Assembly (NCBI GenBank): GCA_020352535.1
Contig: CP070679.1
Span: forward strand, 1,301,016 to 1,350,744
Length of the DNA stretch: 49,729 nt
Source of the DNA: Candidatus Bathyarchaeota archaeon
GTDB lineage: Archaea; Thermoproteota; Bathyarchaeia; Bathyarchaeales; Bathyarchaeaceae
Direction of reading: 5' to 3'
The notes under the pieces are model-generated. The model was not told the origin of the DNA. It saw only the letters and a list, made by a program, of their open reading frames with translations, and searched no databases. A program made the translations under genes and the position numbers. Below are positions 16,637 through 25,490 of the stretch, piece by piece (within the stretch, counting starts at the first letter, position 1; the number at the start of each line of letters is the position of its first letter).

Positions 16637-17953
16637 ATGATGAAAAAAACTACAGTTTTGCTACTCTTAGCTGTACTTACGTTCGCGATAGTTCCGATGG
16701 CAAGGACAACTGATGCACCTAACTTTAACCTTCCAATGGACGTGATGATATACAGAGAACAGCTTGCAGCAAACTTTGAAGACACCATGACAACTGAGAA
16801 TGGTCTTACTGAGGAAATACCATTCTGGGTTGACATGGTAGATGCTGAAGTAGCTGAAGATGGCGAAGGCGTTTACGTGGCTGTTCTGGACACTGGGCTA
16901 CTGAGTATGTGGCCTTGGCTTTTCTCAGAAGCCAACGTAGCTTGGGAGCTAGGCAAAGGTTTCACTCATGATGTCTGGTGGGACGATGATTTACAAGACT
17001 TCTGGTGGGGTGACCTACGCGATGACCGGGGATTCCTGACAGATGATTTCATGGGCTCTGGTCACGGTACTCACGTGGTAAGCACAATTATCGGCTACAA
17101 CTACAACGACCTCTTCTGGGTTAGAGGAGTCGCACCGAAGGCCACGATAATCCCTGTGCTTGTATTGGATGCATGGATGGTTCCTTACCCAGGAGGAACC
17201 GCCCTATTCGCCGGAGGTACTAACGAGATGGTTGCTGCTGGCATCAACTACATCGCTGATTTAGCCGAGACTCTAGATGGTCCAGTAATTATAAGCATGA
17301 GTCTTGGTGGTCCATATCCATCTAGGCTGATCGAAAATGCAATCAAATATGCCATCCGCAACGATGTTATCGTAGTGGCCTCAGCAGGCAATGAAGGCTA
17401 CGACGGTATGGGGTGGCCAGGAGCATATCCTCAAGTCATATCCTGCGCCATGGCAGGATGGACAGAACAATGGATTGGCTATCCTGCGAGATGGTGGCTG
17501 AACGACGTAGCAGAGAACCTTAACACACCGGACTACTGGGGAAACAACTGGCAGCTCTTCCTTGATTACCTCAGCTCACGACCAAACAAAGACCTTGGAC
17601 AGAAAGCTTGGCACTTGGACGTTACAACTCCAGGCGCTGCCATCGTAGGACCCTACAAGCCCTACTTCAGCTACGCCGCCGGTTACTACTATCTCTGGGG
17701 TACCAGCATGGCCGCACCTCACACATCCGGAATCGCGGCACTAGTTCTTCAGAATCATCCAAAGACACGCCAAGAAGACATGGAACAGATACTCAAAACC
17801 GCAGCAGCGGGTCTACCTATGGCATCAGATGGCTCTCTGGCACTCGATGTCCCAGGCTGGCTGTATTACTTCTGGTGGTACGGCAAGGACTGGGGAAGCG
17901 GCTTCCTCCAAGCTGATACAGCGCTGTTCGTCGCAAGCGACAAGTCGAACTAG
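16637..17953 (+). CDS. Secreted subtilisin-like serine protease (S8), paralog of the divergent gene
   Basis: VAVLDTG, GHGTHV, SAGN, GTSMAAPH; signal peptide; AAGGAG SD. Confidence 0.95.
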   Translation: MMKKTTVLLLLAVLTFAIVPMARTTDAPNFNLPMDVMIYREQLAANFEDTMTTENGLTEEIPFWVDMVDAEVAEDGEGVYVAVLDTGLLSMWPWLFSEANVAWELGKGFTHDVWWDDDLQDFWWGDLRDDRGFLTDDFMGSGHGTHVVSTIIGYNYNDLFWVRGVAPKATIIPVLVLDAWMVPYPGGTALFAGGTNEMVAAGINYIADLAETLDGPVIISMSLGGPYPSRLIENAIKYAIRNDVIVVASAGNEGYDGMGWPGAYPQVISCAMAGWTEQWIGYPARWWLNDVAENLNTPDYWGNNWQLFLDYLSSRPNKDLGQKAWHLDVTTPGAAIVGPYKPYFSYAAGYYYLWGTSMAAPHTSGIAALVLQNHPKTRQEDMEQILKTAAAGLPMASDGSLALDVPGWLYYFWWYGKDWGSGFLQADTALFVASDKSN

Positions 17954-17989
17954 TCCCGCCTTCAAGTCCGCGAAGGAGAGGAACCTTCC

Positions 17990-18010
17990 AATCCTTTCCC
18001 CTTTTTTTAT
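17990..18010 (+). terminator. Pyrimidine/T-tract terminator
   Basis: TCCTTTCCCTTTTTTTAT about 40 nt after the subtilase stop. Confidence 0.5.
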
Positions 18011-18064
18011 GCTTTAGCGTACGAGCTAGCAAATCCGCCAGTGGCAGACAACGAACTAGCTCAT

Positions 18065-19228
18065 CTATCCGAATAGGGAGTGATACCACTTTATGATGTA
18101 TTCCGGTAGGATTAGCCCTTTTTCTCTCAACCTTTCCACTAGCTTGACTGGCAGCGGACTCAGCACAAATGCAGCTCGCATATAGAACCTTCTGGGCTGT
18201 CCAGACTCGACTTCCTCCTCTAATACTACGCTGTAATCTGATTTCCTGTCTAGCGATGAGTTTCTAGTACCGGTTACTGAGAAGACACTCCCCTTCAGCG
18301 CTTTGAAGATGTCGCACCAATTGATAACAGACTTTGTTTCTCCTGAGTAGGATACTAAGATTTCAAGGTCTCCCGCTCTCGGGCGAGGCGTGTTTACACC
18401 TTGCACAATGTAAACATTGTCTCCGAGGAATTTCTTGATATGGGCGAGTCGGATCACAGTCATCTTCAACATTTCATCTGCTGTACCCTTTCCACCTAGG
18501 AACACGTCGCTTCTTCTCTCTAGTATGTCAATCAGCGAGTCGTAGGCTTGTGAGCTAACATTTTGGTCAATCATTCTTCCAAGAAGTCGGAATTCTCGTT
18601 CAGAACGGTTGAATTCCTCCCCTACAGTGCGATTGCGAAATAGGGCATCAGCCAACATGTGGAGAATAAAGAGACTTTCAAGTTCAAACACGTCGCCCAT
18701 TATTCCAGTTTCACTATACTTCTCGGTCGGCTGCTCTTCTTCCGCTCTCCCCTTAATCGTGACTACCTCACCATAACCGCCAACGACGTCTGCAATAGAA
18801 GACGATGGGGAAGAGGTTATCAACCCCATAGAAAAGCTCTTGCTACCTGTATCCTCAATGTACTGGGCAAGTTCTTCTACAAGCGCCTTTGGATCCTTAG
18901 ATTCCCCACTTCCAGAATTAATGAGCAAGAGTACCCGTTCATATCGCTTCTCAAGCTTGGCTGCAGCATCATACATATCCTTCCCAGGGAACCCTGGATC
19001 GTCAGGAGTGAGTACAATCTTCGAGTCTTTCATCATGGCCATTTGACTCATCGCCGCGTTCAAAGAATATAACGACCGACCCGAACCACCACAGACCACA
19101 CAATCTGCTGACTTCAAGATGTCATACAAAGGGGTAAGGCTGCTGTCTCTCAAATCGAAGATGTTATCTCGAATCTTGTTGACATAACCAATTTCACAGA
19201 TTCTACCTCGGATTTTCACCAGCTCCAT
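18065..19228 (-). CDS. Tandem SIS-domain sugar-phosphate isomerase-like protein (6-phospho-3-hexuloisomerase-like)
   Basis: First SIS domain GGSGRS...INSGSGES...MGDVFEL; second SIS domain GGKG...GDLEILVSYSGETKSV...SSL. Confidence 0.75.
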   Translation of the reverse strand: MELVKIRGRICEIGYVNKIRDNIFDLRDSSLTPLYDILKSADCVVCGGSGRSLYSLNAAMSQMAMMKDSKIVLTPDDPGFPGKDMYDAAAKLEKRYERVLLLINSGSGESKDPKALVEELAQYIEDTGSKSFSMGLITSSPSSSIADVVGGYGEVVTIKGRAEEEQPTEKYSETGIMGDVFELESLFILHMLADALFRNRTVGEEFNRSEREFRLLGRMIDQNVSSQAYDSLIDILERRSDVFLGGKGTADEMLKMTVIRLAHIKKFLGDNVYIVQGVNTPRPRAGDLEILVSYSGETKSVINWCDIFKALKGSVFSVTGTRNSSLDRKSDYSVVLEEEVESGQPRRFYMRAAFVLSPLPVKLVERLREKGLILPEYIIKWYHSLFG

Positions 19229-19346
19229 AGAGACGCTCGGAGAGTTGTCTTCAGATGTTAGATCTGCAGGTTTATACCTCTTATGTCAAAACGATGTTCC
19301 GCTTTTGCAGTCCTGCATTCCTGCGCGTGCGCATTTTGCCCAGTGA

Positions 19347-19366
19347 GGGGGGAACTTTAAATATAT
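19347..19366 (+). promoter_or_regulatory. BRE/TATA promoter of a small basic ORF
   Basis: GGGGGGAACTTTAAATATAT: purine-rich BRE followed by TTTAAATA. Confidence 0.6.
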
Positions 19367-19428
19367 CGGATTAGCGGAAGGAATATGTTTGCGAGAGAAA
19401 AGCGCTTACAGCAAAGGATTTGTGTGTA

Positions 19429-19521
19429 ATGGGAAGTAAAAGGCACCACGGTATGACTGGCAAAACCAAGAAAAAGAAGCAGCGCCGGGTCGGTCGAGCT
19501 CGAAGGCGCAGAAAAAAGTAA
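19429..19521 (+). CDS. 30-aa Lys/Arg-rich peptide (not in ORF track), candidate small ribosomal or nucleic-acid-binding protein
   Basis: MGSKRHHGMTGKTKKKKQRRVGRARRRRKK*, with its own TATA box upstream and a hairpin plus T-tracts downstream. Confidence 0.6.
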   Translation: MGSKRHHGMTGKTKKKKQRRVGRARRRRKK

Positions 19522-19598
19522 GACGACAGACTGCTAAAAAAAGCGTCGTTCTGTCTTTGCTGTTCTTTGAAAAAACGATTTTTTGGGTTGTTATATGT

Positions 19599-20417
19599 TC
19601 AGGCTGCAGCTAGACGTAGAGGTATAAGTAGGCTAGAAAGCAGTGGAATCTGTTCTCGATAGAAAATCCAAAAGTAGGCTGCAAGAATAAGTATGGTAGC
19701 AGAGATGAGTATTAGGACATAGTCTCCCCGTTTCATCCGAAGGACATAAAGATTCGTGCGTTTCTTGGTCGCGCCCCAAGCTCGAGATTCCATTGCTTCA
19801 GCAAGCTCCAAGCTTCTTCGGATAGCGCTTACGATGAGTGGAATGAGAACTGGAATGTAGTTCTTGACCTTCTTGATGAAGTTCCCTCGCTCAAGCTCTA
19901 ACCCTCTAGCCTTTTGAGCATCCATGATGGTCTGTGCCTCTTCAGCCAGAACGGGCACAAAACGAACGGCTGTGGTGAAGGCGAAGCAGAATTCATAAGG
20001 TACGTGGCTCTGCTCCAACGCCAAGCCTAAGTGGTCAGGGGAGGTCGTGAGGAAAAACACGGAGAATGATTCAACTAGCACTATGAAGCGTAAGGTCATC
20101 GCGATAGAGTGTTCCAATAGGGATGGAGAGGGTAGGAGGGGGTACTCTGTCCAGAAATAGGTGAACACGAAATTAAAGACAAAAATCATAGTTGCGAAGA
20201 GCAGAGCGCCTCTTAAAGACCGAATCCACTCGCGTTGAACTCCGGCAATGAACACGAAGGGGAGTTGAATCAGAAATAGCAGAATAAGAGGTAGTAATTG
20301 ATTGAACATTATTGCTATCACAAATATGGCCAAGACGTAGAAGAACTTGACTCGTGGGTCTAACTGGTGAATTGGGGAGTAGACCCGCCTAAACTTGAAG
20401 CCTTCGAAGACACTCAT
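19599..20417 (-). CDS. ecfT: ECF transporter transmembrane component T
   Basis: HQLDPRVK, RFVP, AQKARG, AMESRAW motifs. Confidence 0.93.
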   Translation of the reverse strand: MSVFEGFKFRRVYSPIHQLDPRVKFFYVLAIFVIAIMFNQLLPLILLFLIQLPFVFIAGVQREWIRSLRGALLFATMIFVFNFVFTYFWTEYPLLPSPSLLEHSIAMTLRFIVLVESFSVFFLTTSPDHLGLALEQSHVPYEFCFAFTTAVRFVPVLAEEAQTIMDAQKARGLELERGNFIKKVKNYIPVLIPLIVSAIRRSLELAEAMESRAWGATKKRTNLYVLRMKRGDYVLILISATILILAAYFWIFYREQIPLLSSLLIPLRLAAA

Positions 20418-21235
20418 GTTGAAGCCTCAAGGCGCTTGATAATGACATCTCTCGCATCGTAGACATTAATGATATCTTGTGGCAAATCTTGGTCAGAGAG
20501 CTCAAAGAATATCTGAGAAATCTGTGGGGGGACTATGGATGCCTGAGCAACCAAGTCACGGTTTGTCAGAATTTTATTAGCGGGGCCATCAGCTAAAATC
20601 TTCCCCTGAACCATCAAGGCAACGCGAGGGTTGCATTCTGCGACAAACTCGACGTCATGGGTGACAATTATCACGGTTTTTCCCTGCGTGTTCAGCTGAA
20701 CGATAAACTGTCGAAGCTTCTCCTTTTGCTGGTGGTCTTGACCGATTGTTGGTTCATCAAGAATCACAATGTCAGGATTCCAAGCAAGAACTGAGGCGAG
20801 TGCAACTCGCTTCCGCTCTCCACCACTAAGCATGAAGGGAGAGGTCTGTCGGTATTGCGTTAGGCTCAACAGGTTCAGAGCCCAAGTTACGCGCTTCTTT
20901 ATGAGTTGCTTTGAAAAGTTAAAGTTACGGAGGGCAAAGGCTACCTCCTCTTCAACGGTCTCGCAGAAGAGCTGATGGTCTGGATTCTGAAACACGAATC
21001 CAACTTCTCTTGAGAGTTTGGCTACGCTTACTTTCTTTGTGCTGGTTCCATTCACCAGCACTTCACCTTTTGTTGGCTTTAGCAATCCGTTGATGTGTTT
21101 TACCAAGGTTGTTTTTCCTGCTCCGTTTTGACCCATAATGGCCATGAACTCTCCGGTCTTGACTTCTACAGAGACACCGCTAAGGGCTTCGACACCGTTT
21201 GGATAGGTGAAATGGATGTTCCTAGCTTCAATCAA
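20414..21235 (-). CDS. ecfA2: ECF transporter ATPase (second A subunit)
   Basis: GQNGAGKT, FQNPDHQL, LSGGE, LDEPT. Confidence 0.92.
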   Translation of the reverse strand: MIEARNIHFTYPNGVEALSGVSVEVKTGEFMAIMGQNGAGKTTLVKHINGLLKPTKGEVLVNGTSTKKVSVAKLSREVGFVFQNPDHQLFCETVEEEVAFALRNFNFSKQLIKKRVTWALNLLSLTQYRQTSPFMLSGGERKRVALASVLAWNPDIVILDEPTIGQDHQQKEKLRQFIVQLNTQGKTVIIVTHDVEFVAECNPRVALMVQGKILADGPANKILTNRDLVAQASIVPPQISQIFFELSDQDLPQDIINVYDARDVIIKRLEAST

Positions 21236-22076
21236 GCGTTAAGACCTCTCGGAGGGATCTCGCTGCTTCTTCAGGGTTCATTGGAATCCTCTTTAATGAT
21301 ACGCCTTTCTCTCTGAGAACCTGGTATAGCCGGGTTGCCTTAGGAATTCCAACTCCAATTAGACGGGCATCTTCAGAGGTGAATATTCCTCGAGGTTCGC
21401 CGTCGAGCATTACCTTTCCTTCATCCATTACTATGACATGATTTGCGAATTTTCCAGCCAAGTCCAGTCTATGTTCAACGAGGATTGTTGTGATGCCTAG
21501 ATCCTTGTTCAGTCTACTTATCACATCGAAGATTTTCTGGGCTCCTACTGGGTCAAGAAATGATGTTGGTTCGTCGAGAATCATCACGTCAGGCTGCATC
21601 GCGAGTACGCAGGCAATTGCCACACGCTGCTGTTGACCTCCAGAAAGTTCATGAGGCGCCCTCTCTCGGATGTTTGTTATGCCAGTCATTCGAAGGGCCC
21701 AGTCAACTCGTTTTTGAATCTCGTCTCTGGGTATCCCGAGGTTTTCAAGTCCGAAGGCTACGTCCTTTTCCACTGATAATGCAAAGAGCTGATTTTCCGG
21801 GCTCTGGAAGACAAGACCAACGTGTTGAGCGAGGTCGCAGATTGCTTGCTGTGTCACATTGAGACCAGTGACTGTTACATCCCCTTGCAGCTCTCCACCG
21901 TAGAAGTGAGGAACCAATCCATTGAAGCATCGGCACAGTGTTGTCTTTCCGCAGCCACTCGGACCGGTGAGGACCACAAACTCTCCTTTTTTAATCTCTA
22001 TAGTTACGTCTTGAAGAGAAGACCTTGTGCTCCCAGGATAGGTGTATGTGAGATTTGCGGTCTCGATGATTGCCAT
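21228..22076 (-). CDS. ecfA1: ECF transporter ATPase (first A subunit)
   Basis: GPSGCGKT, FQSPENQL, LSGGQQQR, LDEPT. Confidence 0.92.
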   Translation of the reverse strand: MAIIETANLTYTYPGSTRSSLQDVTIEIKKGEFVVLTGPSGCGKTTLCRCFNGLVPHFYGGELQGDVTVTGLNVTQQAICDLAQHVGLVFQSPENQLFALSVEKDVAFGLENLGIPRDEIQKRVDWALRMTGITNIRERAPHELSGGQQQRVAIACVLAMQPDVMILDEPTSFLDPVGAQKIFDVISRLNKDLGITTILVEHRLDLAGKFANHVIVMDEGKVMLDGEPRGIFTSEDARLIGVGIPKATRLYQVLREKGVSLKRIPMNPEEAARSLREVLTLD

Positions 22077-22140
22077 GCATTCGCTCGCCTATCTACTTGC
22101 CGAGGGCTGTTCCACTTAAGAGTAGCTACTCAGAAAAGGG

Positions 22141-23127
22141 TCAATCCAGCCTCTTCTTCAGAAGTCTTGCACACCTATTGAGGACAGCTTCTAGACTGCC
22201 TTTCCCATTAGCACCTGCTGAGACTGCGTGCCCTCCACCCATGCCGTGAAGGAACTCACCTAAAGGCTTGGCTATGTCGCGGCCGAGGTGCACCCCAGTT
22301 TTCTCATAGAAGTCTCGACTTGACCGCAAACTCGTTTGAATCTCTCCTCCTTTTCGTCCTGCAACGATAGCAACATCTGCCCCGGTTCTAATCAGGGCTC
22401 TTGCAGCGGAAGCTTGGTATGCGTTGACATGTGATAGTAGGACCAGCCACTTTCCTAGATTCAGAAGCTTTGCGCGTTGAGAGGCCTTAAGTCTGGCAAC
22501 CCGTTCTGACTCGTCCATAACCAACGAAATTAAAGGTAGAACCTCTTGGGCATTCACATCAGAATCAACAAGATCTGCCACCGCCTTCAATGTGGCGGAG
22601 GTGGCTAGAATGAAGTGGCGCGTGTCAAACGCGATTCCAATGAAGAGAGCCGTAGCTTCTGATTGGCCAATTTCGATACTCGCCTCTTTAAAAAGATCAT
22701 ACACGATCTCGCAAGTAGATGAAGCGGTGTCATCACCCACGTATATCGTTGCTAGGCGCTCTGTTTCCGGATGCCTTGCATGGTGATCGACTACGACAAG
22801 CGGAGCACCAGCTGCCTCGATACATTCACCCCACTCACCAAGCTGCTGAATAGTGTTGGTGTCTAGCAGGATAATGACATCTGCTTCGTCTAAACGTGGC
22901 TCTGCCGTTAGTTCAACAGGCAGTGATTGCATGATAGATTTCGTCAGCTTACTCGGTCCTTGAGCTGCTGCGATCTTAACCTCGAGACTAGGGTTCAAGC
23001 GCTTCAGCAGCCTGGAAAAAGCAAACGCAGCATATGTTGCATCAGGGTCAGCGTTATGATGACATAGAAGGACGATATGTTTGGCCTTATGTTGATCTAG
23101 AAGAGCCTTTATTTTCTGGACTCGCAT
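22141..23127 (-). CDS. DHH-family phosphoesterase with DHHA1 domain
   Basis: HHNADPD, LLDT, VVDHH, GGGHAVSAG. Confidence 0.92.
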   Translation of the reverse strand: MRVQKIKALLDQHKAKHIVLLCHHNADPDATYAAFAFSRLLKRLNPSLEVKIAAAQGPSKLTKSIMQSLPVELTAEPRLDEADVIILLDTNTIQQLGEWGECIEAAGAPLVVVDHHARHPETERLATIYVGDDTASSTCEIVYDLFKEASIEIGQSEATALFIGIAFDTRHFILATSATLKAVADLVDSDVNAQEVLPLISLVMDESERVARLKASQRAKLLNLGKWLVLLSHVNAYQASAARALIRTGADVAIVAGRKGGEIQTSLRSSRDFYEKTGVHLGRDIAKPLGEFLHGMGGGHAVSAGANGKGSLEAVLNRCARLLKKRLD

Positions 23128-23411
23128 GCAATAGTCCTCAGATATTCTTCAACAGCCATGAAAGCTTTTTTCGTTGCCTCGTTGACTAGCTTATCGACAT
23201 CAGAAGATCTTTCATTCCTTACCAGATTGACCCTTACATCTACACTCACTGTGATAGGGTGTGTGCCCTCGGTGTCAATCGTCACATCAAGGCTAGAAAT
23301 CCTATTTGAAGTTAACTTTGATAAAATATGTTCTCGCGCTGCCTGCTCTGCGATTTCACAAAGCTTCTCCATCTGCTCAGAAGTAAGTTCTGGTAGACCC
23401 ATTTCCTCCAA
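23109..23411 (-). CDS. DUF3194-family protein
   Basis: GLPELTSEQMEKLCEIAEQAAR; conserved position between pfdB and the DHH gene. Confidence 0.75.
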   Translation of the reverse strand: MEEMGLPELTSEQMEKLCEIAEQAAREHILSKLTSNRISSLDVTIDTEGTHPITVSVDVRVNLVRNERSSDVDKLVNEATKKAFMAVEEYLRTIACESRK

Positions 23412-23423
23412 AAGGCTCTCACC

Positions 23424-23795
23424 TTACGGAACGGGTGGTGAGATCGGGCGTAAATCGTGCTGCAATTTTGTCTGCAAATCCTTGGCTTGCGTCCGTAGTC
23501 GCTCCTCCTGCTTGCCCAAGACGTTAATTCTCATTTTGAGTAGATCCTTTCGTTCATTCAGGTCAACGGTCACTTTATCCTTCTTCGACTTCACTAAAAG
23601 CGAGCCAATTGACTTGTAGATTGTCGCAGACTCTGTCAGGTTCTCCAATTCGCCAAGTGCCTGATCAACCTCAGTCGACTCTAGCTCAAGCTGCTGTTTC
23701 TGCGTCAACACAGCCTGCAAGGTCTGTTGTACTTGCTGAAGCCTCAGTAGGCGCTGTTGAACCTGAGGAGGAAGCTGGGAGATATCTTCGCTCAT
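23424..23795 (-). CDS. pfdB: Prefoldin beta subunit
   Basis: LPPQVQ...QKQQLE...IYKSIGSLLVK coiled-coil/beta-hairpin. Confidence 0.95.
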   Translation of the reverse strand: MSEDISQLPPQVQQRLLRLQQVQQTLQAVLTQKQQLELESTEVDQALGELENLTESATIYKSIGSLLVKSKKDKVTVDLNERKDLLKMRINVLGKQEERLRTQAKDLQTKLQHDLRPISPPVP

Positions 23796-23980
23796 CACAA
23801 TTCCTCAAGCAGTCATTTTCAGATTCTGTCTGCAATATAGCAGGGCATTAATTAAGCGTTTTCACAAATGAAGCAAGCCTTGTCTTTCATAGCAGTATCC
23901 GGACTGAAACCTTCAGCCCGGATGAAGTTGTGCATCCCTTGTTCCGTAGAATGATTTTCAGGCCAGGGAAGAACTGATCC

Positions 23981-24256
23981 TCAAGAAGCCGTTTCCACCT
24001 TAGCAGATGTCAATTCATCAACACAATCAATTATGCTTCTGGCCAAGAGAACCCATCGCAGGTAAGAATTTGCAGCCGCCCTTAATGCAGAGGTATCATC
24101 CGCCTTGAGCTCCATTATTAGCGTTCTCCCATCGCGTTCAACCTGCACCTTTGAGCGTTGTGTGGATAATCTAGTTTCTGGTTTTAAGGTTTCACACACG
24201 ACCCTCAGCCATCTCTCAGAAGGAAAGCTAAGGCAGATAGTTGCTTCTGCGCGCAT
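23981..24256 (-). CDS. pcc1: KEOPS complex subunit Pcc1
   Basis: LKPE...RSKV...ADDTSALRAAANSYLRW; start set at ATG 24256. Confidence 0.88.
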   Translation of the reverse strand: MRAEATICLSFPSERWLRVVCETLKPETRLSTQRSKVQVERDGRTLIMELKADDTSALRAAANSYLRWVLLARSIIDCVDELTSAKVETAS

Positions 24257-24381
24257 TCTAGAGGCCTCATCCACGATATTGTTGATGAGGACATATTTCA
24301 ATTCTGCCGAGATACAACATTAGGTCTTTTTGTTTATTCGCCTGTAATCTTGTTCTTACGGAAGAAGAGCTGTTTCCAGGA

Positions 24382-24693
24382 TTAAGAGTTTTTGCTGGGA
24401 GATAGAGCTGCTGCAGTTTCTGGCGGCGTCTGACCCTTTGCAGATCGTTCAGCTACAATGCCAAGCTCTGTGGATGGAAGGTAAGCCCCTCCGGAAAATG
24501 TTGAACCACACTTCCGGCAATTCCAGATCCCAACACTCTTTCGTCGAACGGATTCTGAAGCACACTTAGGGCATCTGTGCTTCTTCTTCATCTGTGAAAG
24601 CACTTTAATGTACTTCTTTCTAACTGTGGAACCATAGCGGGCACCTAGCCCTCTTGTTGGTCCAACCTTCTTGGTGCGTCGTCGAGGGCTCAT
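24382..24693 (-). CDS. rpl37ae: 50S ribosomal protein eL43 (L37ae)
   Basis: GARYGSTVRK...CPKC...GIWNCRKCG...GGAY. Confidence 0.95.
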   Translation of the reverse strand: MSPRRRTKKVGPTRGLGARYGSTVRKKYIKVLSQMKKKHRCPKCASESVRRKSVGIWNCRKCGSTFSGGAYLPSTELGIVAERSAKGQTPPETAAALSPSKNS

Positions 24694-25490
24694 CAGGCTT
24701 TCACCACGAGCTTTCGGAGTTCTCTGCCTTTCTCACTGGCGATCTTTGCAGCCTCAAGAATTTCTTCGGCTGTGAAGTACCCGACGCCACCTTTTTGTAT
24801 TGCACAGATGTTCTCCTCTTTCTTTGTTGTTATTGTGAGTCGGGCGTCTATGACATGTTCTTCATCAAGTTCAGGATCCACAATGAGATTGTCGTCGATT
24901 TTACCAATTGTGACGGCTATTGGTTGATTTCTTATCGGAAGTTGGGTGTAACCGGGCTTTTTCTCAATCTCGCCATCTTTCACAACATACTTAAACATCT
25001 TTGTGTTGAGCAACGCGGCAAGCGCTGCCATGGCTGAGGCATCGATGAGGTTTCCATCATGGTTCAGAACATATACATCGATGAAGACGATGAAGACCTT
25101 CTCTCCAGGGACTGCACAGAGTTTCTCTACAGCAATTGCCTTTGACTCGCGTATGCCACGGTCAACAACTCTGGCGAGTTCTATGGCTTCTTTGCTTGGA
25201 GGCCCTGGTTCAAAATCCGGAGAGGCTATTGGCGCTAACTCAGCATTTACTGTAAGTACTCCCTCATTGGGAGTGTCAGAGAAAGGTTCACCAATGTCAA
25301 TCTTTATTCCTACAAGTACTTCCGTTTTACCCAAATATATTCGAGCTGAGCCCTCAGCGCTTCCAATTACTCCTGTCTCCAGCTTGATTTCACGGTAGTC
25401 AGCTAGGCCTCTACCGTCAAGTCGCTTTCCGCTGGGCAGCGTTTCAGCTATCTTCTTCCTTTTGACAAGTGGAATTATTGTCGAGGTCAT
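24693..25490 (-). CDS. rrp42: Exosome complex component Rrp42
   Basis: RLDGRG, AEGSA, FEPGPP, ELARVVDRGIRES, HDGNLIDA. Confidence 0.96.
   Translation of the reverse strand: MTSTIIPLVKRKKIAETLPSGKRLDGRGLADYREIKLETGVIGSAEGSARIYLGKTEVLVGIKIDIGEPFSDTPNEGVLTVNAELAPIASPDFEPGPPSKEAIELARVVDRGIRESKAIAVEKLCAVPGEKVFIVFIDVYVLNHDGNLIDASAMAALAALLNTKMFKYVVKDGEIEKKPGYTQLPIRNQPIAVTIGKIDDNLIVDPELDEEHVIDARLTITTKKEENICAIQKGGVGYFTAEEILEAAKIASEKGRELRKLVVKA

Noticed and set aside
23868..23977. C/D box sRNA
   Set aside because: CTGA boxes are present, but candidate C boxes (ATGAAG, ATGATTT) deviate from RTGATGA and no guide complementarity could be verified.
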